From positions 1,955 through 65,954 of the forward strand of contig JBAWWA010000002.1 of assembly GCA_037146995.1 (NCBI GenBank): a DNA stretch of 64,000 nucleotides, written 5' to 3'. A program made the position numbers and the translations under genes. This DNA comes from a bacterium. GTDB taxonomy: Bacteria; Patescibacteriota; Patescibacteriia; Patescibacteriales; GWE2-39-37. Positions 52,431-62,289 of this stretch are shown here, in pieces; the stretch's first letter is position 1, and the number at the start of each line of letters is the position of its first letter. The notes beneath the pieces are model-generated. The model was not told the DNA's origin. It did not search any database and saw only the letters and a list, made by a program, of their open reading frames with translations.

Positions 52431-53489
52431 CTAATCCTCCAAGCACTCTACATCCATTGACCTACCATCCAGCACGTCACCTACGAATACACTTAACGCA
52501 GTGGCTACTGGCATTGAGAGCATGGCGCCAATAATGCCACCCAAATTAAAACCAATCAAGAGAACCGCAATGCTAACGATTGGATTAAGGCCGACGGTTT
52601 TTTGCATTACTTTAGGCACAAGTAGATTATTTTCGACTTGTTGAATGACATAATAAAGGATAGCCACCGCCAAGGCTAAGCCTGGTGAAACAGTCAAGGC
52701 CAAAAAAATCGCTGGTATTGCTCCAATCATCGGACCAATATAGGGCACGGTTTCGGTAATGCCCGCAATCAAGGCCAGGACAAGTTTGTATTCGATAGGC
52801 AAAAACCAGAGCCCCACATAGGTCAGACAAAAGATTGCCAATGATAAAATCAATTGTGCCTTCAGCCATGAATTAATCTTCTTTTGCATGCGATTAATCA
52901 GACTCATGACGTAATAGCGCTTCTTGGCCGGGGCGACTGTCCAAACTAATTTCTTTATCGCCTCTTCCTCTACGGTCATATAAAAAATAATAACCGCTAT
53001 CAAGATCAAAGTAAAAATCCCACCGACAAAATTGTACACTCCGCTAAAAACATTGGTGGCAGCTGCTTGAATATTTGAGCTGGCCGAGCCAAAGGCAGTT
53101 TGCAATTGCGGCAACAAGCCATGCGTTTCGGTGTAAGTTCGCACAGCCGAATAACTCTGGGTTATTTTTTCAAGATACAAAGGAAAATTACTAATAAAGC
53201 TGGAAATTTCTTTTGATATTGGCGGCACCAAAAGATAGACAGAAAATGCAATAATACTAATGACGACAGTATATATGGCCAAAATACCAATACCTCGAGG
53301 AATTTTATGACGTTGCATCCAATCTACCCAAGGATCAAAAGCGCTAGAAAGAATCAGGGCGATAAACAACACTAATGCAATATCCCTGATAAGATAAAGC
53401 ATATAAAACAGAATAAAAATGGCCACAACTTTAAAAATGGTGCCAGTTGTAATTGTTACATTGAATTTTTGCTCTTGAAGCTTGGCCAT
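52431..53489 (-). CDS. AI-2E family transporter (PerM/UPF0118)
   Basis: Eight TM helices with the family's characteristic large TM5/TM6 region and conserved pattern. 352 aa. Confidence 0.7.
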   Translation of the reverse strand: MAKLQEQKFNVTITTGTIFKVVAIFILFYMLYLIRDIALVLFIALILSSAFDPWVDWMQRHKIPRGIGILAIYTVVISIIAFSVYLLVPPISKEISSFISNFPLYLEKITQSYSAVRTYTETHGLLPQLQTAFGSASSNIQAAATNVFSGVYNFVGGIFTLILIAVIIFYMTVEEEAIKKLVWTVAPAKKRYYVMSLINRMQKKINSWLKAQLILSLAIFCLTYVGLWFLPIEYKLVLALIAGITETVPYIGPMIGAIPAIFLALTVSPGLALAVAILYYVIQQVENNLLVPKVMQKTVGLNPIVSIAVLLIGFNLGGIIGAMLSMPVATALSVFVGDVLDGRSMDVECLED

Positions 53490-53549
53490 AATGATATTTT
53501 CTTATTTATATTATTATACTAATAATACGTTTTTAAAACAACTACAAAT

Positions 53550-53575
53550 AAAAAAACCCCGATTAATTTCGGGGT
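53550..53575 (-). terminator. rho-independent terminator after 53584-53892 gene
   Basis: ACCCCGA-ttaatt-TCGGGGT. A-run on the plus strand gives a T-run on the minus strand. Confidence 0.55.
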
Positions 53576-53583
53576 CATTCAAA

Positions 53584-53892
53584 CTAAATGCCACAGATTT
53601 TTTGACTTGGAAAAACAAGGTCTATGCACTCGCTAAACTCATCACCAAACCACCACACATCAGATACGGTAATAAAAGCCAGTCTCAGAGCGGAGCCGCT
53701 AACCGGAATTATCGCCGAGACCTCCTCCATTGTGGGACTGACAATACTCCTGAGCGATTCACTTTTTTCAAGTCTAGCTTCCATAAGATGCATCCACAAG
53801 GTTGAAAAATAATAACACTTGCAGACCTCCAAAGTATCGGCATCAAAATCATTTAAACAATTTTCATACAAGTCCTTGTTGCGGATCCTCAT
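53584..53892 (-). CDS. hypothetical protein (102 aa)
   Basis: ORF with its own terminator. No recognised family. Confidence 0.4.
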   Translation of the reverse strand: MRIRNKDLYENCLNDFDADTLEVCKCYYFSTLWMHLMEARLEKSESLRSIVSPTMEEVSAIIPVSGSALRLAFITVSDVWWFGDEFSECIDLVFPSQKICGI

Positions 53893-54013
53893 GAGTCACC
53901 TCCATCTATTTTTATAATGTTCTATATATTTTTATTAACATTTTAATAATCAAATGTCAAAAAAGCAGCTCCTGAAAAATTCAAGAGCTGCTTTGCAATA
54001 AAATATTCAAACT

Positions 54014-55675
<1,662 letters not shown>

Positions 55676-55734
55676 TTATTAGTAACGCCCTAAGCGTTAC
55701 AAAAATTAATTATTATTTAATTAATGATTAAGCA

Positions 55735-56022
55735 CTAAGAAATAATGGCAACAATGTCACTCTCCCTGACAATCAAATAATCTTCACCATTAACTTTAAT
55801 CTCATTGGCTGAATATTTTTTGAACATGACCTGATCACCAGCAGCAACACTCAAAATGGATTTTTGACCATTATCAAGCTGTTTGCCATCACCGACGGCT
55901 ACCACCACACCTTTTTCTGGTTTGTCTTTGCTTAAAGTATCAGGCAAGACAATGCCCGATTTCGTCACCTCTTCTGTTAAGGCTTTAATAACAACATAAT
56001 CATAAAGTGGTTTGATATTCAT
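55735..56022 (-). CDS. groS: co-chaperonin GroES
   Basis: [14 protein letters not shown]...mobile loop...GDQVMFKKY. Start taken at the internal ATG of the ORF-track entry. Confidence 0.9.
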   Translation of the reverse strand: MNIKPLYDYVVIKALTEEVTKSGIVLPDTLSKDKPEKGVVVAVGDGKQLDNGQKSILSVAAGDQVMFKKYSANEIKVNGEDYLIVRESDIVAIIS

Positions 56023-56095
56023 ACATTTTGGAACCCATCTTGGCATATTTACTACCAATATTAATGGGCTAAAATTAAATAATTAATTAGACTTA

Positions 56096-56122
56096 TTAGC
56101 ACTCAAACAATGAGAGTGCTAA
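56096..56122. promoter_or_regulatory. CIRCE operator (HrcA binding site) upstream of groES-groEL
   Basis: TTAGCACTC-aaacaatga-GAGTGCTAA: perfect CIRCE consensus inverted repeat with 9-nt spacer. Confidence 0.9.
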
Positions 56123-56171
56123 TTGCATTTTAGGCAAAAGCCACGGCCGTGTCAAGTAAACTAAAATTAAA

Positions 56172-56200
56172 TAAAAAAAACGCGGTTATTAAAACCGCGC
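56172..56200 (-). terminator. rho-independent terminator downstream of the gamma-CA-like gene
   Basis: On the minus strand: GCGCGGTT-ttaat-AACCGCG followed by TTTTTTTT. Confidence 0.55.
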
Positions 56201-56374
56201 TAACTACTTGTTTATTTTCGCTCATGACAATTGGCAAAAAAATTACAGAGCCTATTAAAAGGTTCCTCGATGAATTTAGCCACAAAAGCCATGATGTCAT
56301 CAAAAAACTCCAAATAGCACCAGACGCCACCAAGAAGCATTAACATTGCCACTGCAGACATAATCGCCTCCATA

Positions 56375-57181
56375 CTAGCGCACCTCGATAGTTTTATTTA
56401 GGGCCATGGCCATTTCCTTCATGCAACGCAGGGCCATGTCAAATTGCTCCTCTGGTGTCAGATTCTTGGCCATGTTTACGGCTTTGTGATGTTCTAAGTC
56501 ATGTTGACGCCGCTTGTAGAGAGCGCACAACTGCTTGTTTTCATCCACAACACTTTTATTCAGGTCATTGTCTGCCTCGGCAATATCCCTCGGCACATGC
56601 GGCAGCCTGTCAGCTGTTTCTTGGTTATTGACCACCCAGCCATCAGGCACGAGGCGATGATTGTCAATCCTGACATTTGCCACAACGGCGTTAATGCCGA
56701 TATGACAATAATCACCAACGGTGGCTTTTTTCACCACCGCACCATGATCAAGCATACAATTACGCCCAATCGTGGAGTGATGAACAATGACATTAAAGCC
56801 GATAAAACATTTTTTACCCAGATAAGCCGGACCATGAATGGTTGCCTTGTGAGCAACTGAACAATGTTTGCCGACCCAGACGCAATACTTTTTGCCGTCG
56901 TCTCCGTCGACAAAAAGGCCTCCATGCGCATGAACCAAGGTGTGATCTTGAAAGTTGACACCCTCAGAAATTCTCACCCCACCGTAATTTTCATCGTTAA
57001 GATAGACATCTTTTACCTCGTCGATGCGAATAACCGTGTCGGGCAAAATTGTCACTCGAGGCCCGATACTGATTTGACCAATGATAATCGCACTTTCACT
57101 TACAATGGCGCTCTTATCAATGGTCGGGTTGCCAAAAAAAGAATCGTTGAAACGAAACCTACCCGGTTTTCCTGCATCCAT
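56375..57181 (-). CDS. left-handed beta-helix (hexapeptide repeat) protein, gamma-carbonic-anhydrase-like, with C-terminal alpha-helical extension
   Basis: Hexapeptide repeats throughout. HAHGG and H-x4-HG (SVAHKATIHG) match gamma-CA zinc-ligand spacing. About 80-aa charged C-terminal tail. Confidence 0.6.
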   Translation of the reverse strand: MDAGKPGRFRFNDSFFGNPTIDKSAIVSESAIIIGQISIGPRVTILPDTVIRIDEVKDVYLNDENYGGVRISEGVNFQDHTLVHAHGGLFVDGDDGKKYCVWVGKHCSVAHKATIHGPAYLGKKCFIGFNVIVHHSTIGRNCMLDHGAVVKKATVGDYCHIGINAVVANVRIDNHRLVPDGWVVNNQETADRLPHVPRDIAEADNDLNKSVVDENKQLCALYKRRQHDLEHHKAVNMAKNLTPEEQFDMALRCMKEMAMALNKTIEVR

Positions 57182-57417
57182 GTTGCTCTCCTTTTTTACT
57201 GTAATTTATTACCGTTCAAATGTGAACGTCCTACTTTTTGTAAAGATCTCCTTTTGTAACAATTTATGATTATTGCATAAATACACATTTGTGTCAATAT
57301 TAGCCACTTTTAAACAATTTAGGTTCAAAAATATCCTAATTTATACAATATTCTTCAAGATACAACTATTATATGCTACTCCCTGTAATAATTACGTCAA
57401 GTGTATGGCGCAATAAC

Positions 57418-57446
57418 TTGACATTAATATATATTTGTGCTATATT
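57418..57446 (+). promoter_or_regulatory. near-consensus sigma70 promoter for small peptide gene
   Basis: TTGACA, 17-nt spacer, TATATT. 35 nt upstream of ATG 57481. Confidence 0.55.
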
Positions 57447-57480
57447 ATAAATATAAAAAATTATCCAAAAGGAGGGGCAA

Positions 57481-57564
57481 ATGAGTGGATATTTAATGTC
57501 CGTTGGCTTAGTCATACTTGTTATTGTTCTGTGGAACCTAATGGGCTATATCTTGCCCGAATAA
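57481..57564 (+). CDS. 27-aa hydrophobic single-TM peptide (MSGYLMSVGLVILVIVLWNLMGYILPE)
   Basis: Strong RBS AAAGGAGGGG 5 nt upstream. Promoter and terminator are both well formed. Not in the ORF track (below the size cut-off). Confidence 0.5.
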   Translation: MSGYLMSVGLVILVIVLWNLMGYILPE

Positions 57565-57589
57565 TAACTAACAAAAAACCTTTTACCCT

Positions 57590-57616
57590 AGCCTCAATTC
57601 GTTGAGGCTTTTTTCT
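57590..57616 (+). terminator. rho-independent terminator after the small peptide gene
   Basis: AGCCTCAA-ttcg-TTGAGGCT then TTTTTC. Confidence 0.6.
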
Positions 57617-57632
57617 TTTAAAAAAATAAAAA

Positions 57633-57660
57633 AGAATCGATTTTAGTCGATTCTTTTTTC
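57633..57660. terminator. bidirectional terminator (also ends the complex-I-like operon on the minus strand)
   Basis: AAGAATCGA-ttttag-TCGATTCTT flanked by A-run and T-run. Lies 11 nt past the stop of the NuoCD-like gene. Confidence 0.6.
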
Positions 57661-57670
57661 TAAATATATT

Positions 57671-59224
57671 TTACATGTCAGTACCGGAATAACTCAGGTT
57701 AAGCGATTTGTTGCACAGCGGAAAGTCTGGTACGATATTGCCCGGACCGATGATGCCAAAGGTGGCCCAATTACAAAATGATGGATCACGCGGAAAACAA
57801 CGCTCAATCTGGCCGTTTCTTATTACTACAGCACAGAGAACTTCACCCCGCCATGACTCGGTTGCGCCAATAGCGTAACCATCTCTCGGTGTGCAATTAA
57901 CGCTATACTCACCGGTCGGCATTTGATCAATTAAAATATTAATGAGTCGCACTGTTTCGTTTAATTCATCTAGACGCGCCGTAAATCGCGCATGAACATC
58001 ACCAGCCGTTTTTACAACCACTTTAACCGGAAATTTCGCGTAAGCAGCGTGCGGAAAATCGCGCCGAACATCACGATCAACCCCGGAACTTCTAGCTGGC
58101 AATCCCAGTGCGCCAAAGGCCTTGGCCGCTTCCAATGGCAAAATTCCAGTTGTCTGCAAACGATCCATAAAACCTTCTGAGGACAAAGCAGTCGTTGTTA
58201 TTTCCTTGATCTCGGCAAAAGCCTCATTAACAACTAGCTTGATACGAGCCAACTCGGAGGTGGTAAAGCTTTTAGAAACACCCCCTGGCAAAATCAAACC
58301 TCGCCAAAATCGATTACCAAGCACTTCCTCTGACAAACGCATTAGACGTTCTTTGACTCGAAAACCATTGGCCGCAATAAAACTAAAGCCTGTGCCCATA
58401 CCGCCAATATTAGCAATGTCGTGAACATGCATCGTCAAGCGTTCAAGTTCAGCAACTAGCGTTCTTAAAATCAAGGCCAGTTCAGGCACATTAACGTTGG
58501 CAAGAATCTCTACGGCCTGACAATAGGCCAAAGCATTGGCAGCCGCCATATCACCAGACAAGCGCTCAATAAATTTCAAACCCTCAACCGGAGTTTTGCC
58601 TTCTAAAAGCTTCTCGACGCCTTTGTGAGTAAAGAAAAGCTTGCCCTCTAAAGTAATAATACGCTCGCCTGCCACATTAAATCTAAAATGACCAGGCTCA
58701 ATAATACCCGCATGAATCGGTCCGACTGGAATTTCAAAAATCCCCTCGCCTTTGACATGGCCCATCGGATATGGCTCATTGGCATGTTCAAGTTTTTTAT
58801 TCCAAATAAAATCTTTTCTTAATGGGTGAGTAGCATTAGGAATATTTTCATGATTAACCAAACGACGCAAATCTGGATGGCCATCCGGCACCACACCGAA
58901 CATGTCATGACTATAGCGTTCATACCAATGTGCGGCCATAATCGTCGCAGTAATCGACGGATAATGAGGGTGACTAGCACTCACCTCCGCACGCAGTTCG
59001 AGCCGCTCATGACTCTCGTCTAGACTAAATACTGCATGAACTGTGTAGCATTTTTTTTCAGCCCGTTCATCGGTCACAAACATTAACGATAATGGCAGGT
59101 CATATTCATTCACCAAAGCAGTCGCTATTTTAGCTATATCATCACTGTTAACCGTAACACAATATATGTTGGCCAGGAGTTCTGCCTTAAGTTGTAATTT
59201 TGACAAAATTTCTAAAGCTTTCAT
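57671..59224 (-). CDS. fused NuoC/NuoD-like (HycE-like) large-subunit homologue lacking all [NiFe]-binding cysteines
   Basis: N-terminal 30-kDa-subunit motif HWYERYSHDMFGVVPDGHPDLRRL. Large-subunit motifs GPIHAGIIEPGHFRF. The L1 site reads ERLSGDMAAANALAY (canonical R-x-C-G-x-C). The C-terminal L2 site reads NLSYSGTDM (canonical D-P-C-x-x-C-x-x-H/R). Confidence 0.8.
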   Translation of the reverse strand: MKALEILSKLQLKAELLANIYCVTVNSDDIAKIATALVNEYDLPLSLMFVTDERAEKKCYTVHAVFSLDESHERLELRAEVSASHPHYPSITATIMAAHWYERYSHDMFGVVPDGHPDLRRLVNHENIPNATHPLRKDFIWNKKLEHANEPYPMGHVKGEGIFEIPVGPIHAGIIEPGHFRFNVAGERIITLEGKLFFTHKGVEKLLEGKTPVEGLKFIERLSGDMAAANALAYCQAVEILANVNVPELALILRTLVAELERLTMHVHDIANIGGMGTGFSFIAANGFRVKERLMRLSEEVLGNRFWRGLILPGGVSKSFTTSELARIKLVVNEAFAEIKEITTTALSSEGFMDRLQTTGILPLEAAKAFGALGLPARSSGVDRDVRRDFPHAAYAKFPVKVVVKTAGDVHARFTARLDELNETVRLINILIDQMPTGEYSVNCTPRDGYAIGATESWRGEVLCAVVIRNGQIERCFPRDPSFCNWATFGIIGPGNIVPDFPLCNKSLNLSYSGTDM

Positions 59225-59231
59225 ATATTTT

Positions 59232-60692
59232 TTAACTTAAATTTTTTATAATATCAACCACGAAGCCAGTGCCACTTGACGATGTAAACCAAACACCCAA
59301 CAAGATAACTGCAATTATATGAACCAACATGACACTGTGAGTAATATTCCAGTGCTCTCGTGTCTCATTTAAATCAGTAGTATTTGCTTTTTCCAAAATC
59401 ATACCAATTGTCGTTCTTAGCATGCCAAAGGCAATAACACCAAGGGCAATGAAAACCGCGATTGACAGATACAAATGAGCTTTGATCATTGCCGAAAAGA
59501 GCGTAAATTCACTAACAAATAATATTGACGGTGGCATTGCCACAATAAAAATTATCCCGATTAAAAACAAAGAGCTCGTATAGGGCGCATACTTTAACAA
59601 GCCGCCAACTTTAGTTGTGTCAGTTGTTTTATAGCGCAACAGTATTTCACCAGCTCCAAAAAATAATCCAGATTTTATGATTGAATGACCAATCATATGG
59701 ATAACTGCAGCCATTACGCCGATAGGCGGCAAGGCCAAGCCTAGGGCAATCAAGCCCATGTGCTCAATACTTGAATAGGCGAGCATCCTTTTGTAATTCC
59801 TTTGCACGAGCAACATAAAGGCTGGTAATACGACCGACAAGATACCGAAAAATAAAAAGAATTTACCAGTCCATTCACTCCCGCCTATGGCCTGATTAGC
59901 AATCATTTGAAAACGAATAATCGCATACAAAGCCACGTTTAACAATATGCCAGAAAACAAGGCCGAGATTGGCGATGGCGCCTTGCTGTGGGCATCTGGT
60001 AGCCACGTATGGATTGGCGCGAAACCGACTTTAGCACCAAAACCCACAAAGATAAAAACAAAAGCCCATTTTACAAGCTCCGGCGACAAGGCGCTAGTAT
60101 TCTTCAATAAATCACTGATCAAAAAACTAACTGATTGATCTGCCCCAGCCTGCGATGTATAACCGAGTAAAAGTATGCCAATCAAACCTAAAGTAATACC
60201 AGTTGAGCAAATAATAATATATTTCCAAGCAGCCTCAAGTGATGAGCGCTTGCGATAAAGACCAACCAAGAAGGTCGAAGATAAAGTTGTTGCTTCTAGA
60301 GCCAACCACATAATCAAAGTATTATTAGTGACAACGACTAAAAACATTGCCATCACGAACAAAGGTAGCAAAGTGAAATATAATTTTAGATCATTGATTT
60401 TCACCTCTCCATCCTTAAATTCATGACCAATATAGCGCACACTAACAATAGTGGCACTTAAAGATAATAAAGCGATTAGACTAGCAATCAAGGCTCCGAA
60501 TCTATCCAAATAAAACCACTCAGTAATTAAAACCTCTGTGCCAAAAAATTGTGGTGAGACGAATAACCAAATTGTCAAAGCAGAAGCGATGGATACAGCA
60601 CCAGCCGACAAACGAATGATTTTTTCGTTTTTTTGCACCACAGCAAGAATGACTGCCAAACTAAAAAGTCCAAAGATAAATAAAATATTCAT
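59232..60692 (-). CDS. NuoN/NuoM/MrpD-family antiporter-like membrane subunit
   Basis: 14 TM helices. Hallmark ...GFAPIHTWLPDAHSKAPSPISAL. Confidence 0.85.
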   Translation of the reverse strand: MNILFIFGLFSLAVILAVVQKNEKIIRLSAGAVSIASALTIWLFVSPQFFGTEVLITEWFYLDRFGALIASLIALLSLSATIVSVRYIGHEFKDGEVKINDLKLYFTLLPLFVMAMFLVVVTNNTLIMWLALEATTLSSTFLVGLYRKRSSLEAAWKYIIICSTGITLGLIGILLLGYTSQAGADQSVSFLISDLLKNTSALSPELVKWAFVFIFVGFGAKVGFAPIHTWLPDAHSKAPSPISALFSGILLNVALYAIIRFQMIANQAIGGSEWTGKFFLFFGILSVVLPAFMLLVQRNYKRMLAYSSIEHMGLIALGLALPPIGVMAAVIHMIGHSIIKSGLFFGAGEILLRYKTTDTTKVGGLLKYAPYTSSLFLIGIIFIVAMPPSILFVSEFTLFSAMIKAHLYLSIAVFIALGVIAFGMLRTTIGMILEKANTTDLNETREHWNITHSVMLVHIIAVILLGVWFTSSSGTGFVVDIIKNLS

Positions 60693-60693
60693 A

Positions 60694-62289
60694 TTATTCG
60701 GTTAAATTTCTCAATTCCTCGGTATCCACTGAACCGTAAAAATACTTAATTCGTGAACCAAGAAGCGAAAGAATTAAAGCTGTTAAAGCGGTGACGGTAA
60801 AAACACCCATCTCAATTATTAACGGCAATGACTTGACTGTCACAAGCGTAAATATGGCGATACCATTTTCAACAACAAGCAGACCGATAATTTGAGAAAA
60901 AACATTTCTATGGACAATCATAGTGGCAAGACCCAAAACTAGCAGCCCAACTGAAGCAAACAATAAACTACTCCACTCAACCAAGGCAAAAATTGGCGTC
61001 TTTTGAACAATAAAAAATACAAAGACTAAAAGTAGCGCTGCCAAAAGATAGCTTGAAGCCGGTCTCAAGAAAGACTGTAAATTCGCCGTATGTCGCTGTT
61101 GTTTTTCCATTATCTTAATAACGTATGGCACTAACAGGACTTTTACGGCGATCGTTACAACAGCGAAAATCAATAAATGAGTCTGCTCTTCTGGGGCCAT
61201 TAAGGCAAGACTATAGGCAATGCCTGCAATCATTAATGATGAGGCTGCATAATATCTAAGTATTGATTTCAATCTTAACCGACCGAAGAGTAACACCACA
61301 AAGAAAACCGACATAGCAGCAAAGACAGTATAATATTTTATATCAGGTCCGGTAAGTTTGACATATACAGCCACCATCATGCCAAAAAAAGCCGTAAAAA
61401 AAGCCAAGGATAAATATTCAGGCATCCTATAAAACCTCATTTTAACTATGGTCATTTCTAACCAACCCAGCAAGACGGCAACCATAGAAACCTTAAGGAT
61501 TGCCAAAAGTATAGCCAAAATACCACCACCGACACTAAGACTAAAAATCGTTACAGGCGGAAAAACAAAATTCGCAATTAAAATTGAAAAGGCTGCTAAT
61601 TTTATTGCCGAAGCGTATTCTAGCAAGGCCAAATAGCGACCAGAATATTCAAGAATCATGGCCTCATGAACCATAGTTAACTCAAGATGCGTTGCCGGAT
61701 TATCAACAGGATAACGTGCATTTTCAGCCAGTGAGACCAAGACAAAGGCAATCATTAAAATTATCAAATGCGGGGCACTAAAAATTAAAGACTGCGCAAA
61801 CATACCATCAAGCTGAAAAGAGCCTGTCACAAAAGCTAAAGCACCAAATATCAAAATAACAGTTGGCTCAATCAACGAGGCCAGAGTCATTTCACGCGAT
61901 GAGCCCATGCCCCCAAAAGCGCTAGCGGAATCTAGACCGCCCAAAACCAAAAAGATCGAGCCAACAATCATAAAGGCTGCTACCACCAAAAAATCACTAG
62001 CGAAAGCCAAGGCACCACCACTAAAAACTAAGGGCAATATAAAAGCCAAGGCTATTGTCGAGGCTAGTACCACAAAAGGTACGGCCCTAAAAACCCAAGA
62101 AGTGGATTTTGAGATAACCATTTCTTTCTTGAGTAAAGTCAAGATCGTATAATAGGGCAAAAATGGCGAAGCTCCGCGTCTGCCCTGCAATCGAGCCTTG
62201 GTAAACCTAACCAGACCGACAGAAAATGGTGCTACCAACAATATGGTCAGGCCTTGCAATATTGTAGCTAAAATTTGAAATGAGTTCAT
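60694..62289 (-). CDS. NuoH/HycD-like membrane subunit fused to a C-terminal ~200-aa polytopic extension (HyfE/NuoK-like?)
   Basis: N-terminal LLVAPFSVGLVRFTKARLQGRRGASPFLPYYTIL matches the NuoH/HycD signature. Total 531 aa versus about 310-330 for NuoH. C-terminal third has about 6 extra TM helices. Confidence 0.7.
   Translation of the reverse strand: MNSFQILATILQGLTILLVAPFSVGLVRFTKARLQGRRGASPFLPYYTILTLLKKEMVISKSTSWVFRAVPFVVLASTIALAFILPLVFSGGALAFASDFLVVAAFMIVGSIFLVLGGLDSASAFGGMGSSREMTLASLIEPTVILIFGALAFVTGSFQLDGMFAQSLIFSAPHLIILMIAFVLVSLAENARYPVDNPATHLELTMVHEAMILEYSGRYLALLEYASAIKLAAFSILIANFVFPPVTIFSLSVGGGILAILLAILKVSMVAVLLGWLEMTIVKMRFYRMPEYLSLAFFTAFFGMMVAVYVKLTGPDIKYYTVFAAMSVFFVVLLFGRLRLKSILRYYAASSLMIAGIAYSLALMAPEEQTHLLIFAVVTIAVKVLLVPYVIKIMEKQQRHTANLQSFLRPASSYLLAALLLVFVFFIVQKTPIFALVEWSSLLFASVGLLVLGLATMIVHRNVFSQIIGLLVVENGIAIFTLVTVKSLPLIIEMGVFTVTALTALILSLLGSRIKYFYGSVDTEELRNLTE

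Noticed and set aside
53482-53805. 107-aa plus-strand ORF overlapping the 53584-53892 minus-strand gene
   Set aside because: It overlaps the AI-2E transporter start and the minus-strand gene that has its own terminator. It has no RBS. Judged a shadow ORF.
56130-56343. Overlapping small ORFs on both strands (67 aa minus, 64 aa plus) between groES and the gamma-CA-like gene
   Set aside because: The region contains a terminator hairpin (56172-56200) that would lie inside either ORF. Neither has an RBS. Most likely this is 3' UTR. The minus-strand ORF cannot be excluded as a small membrane protein.
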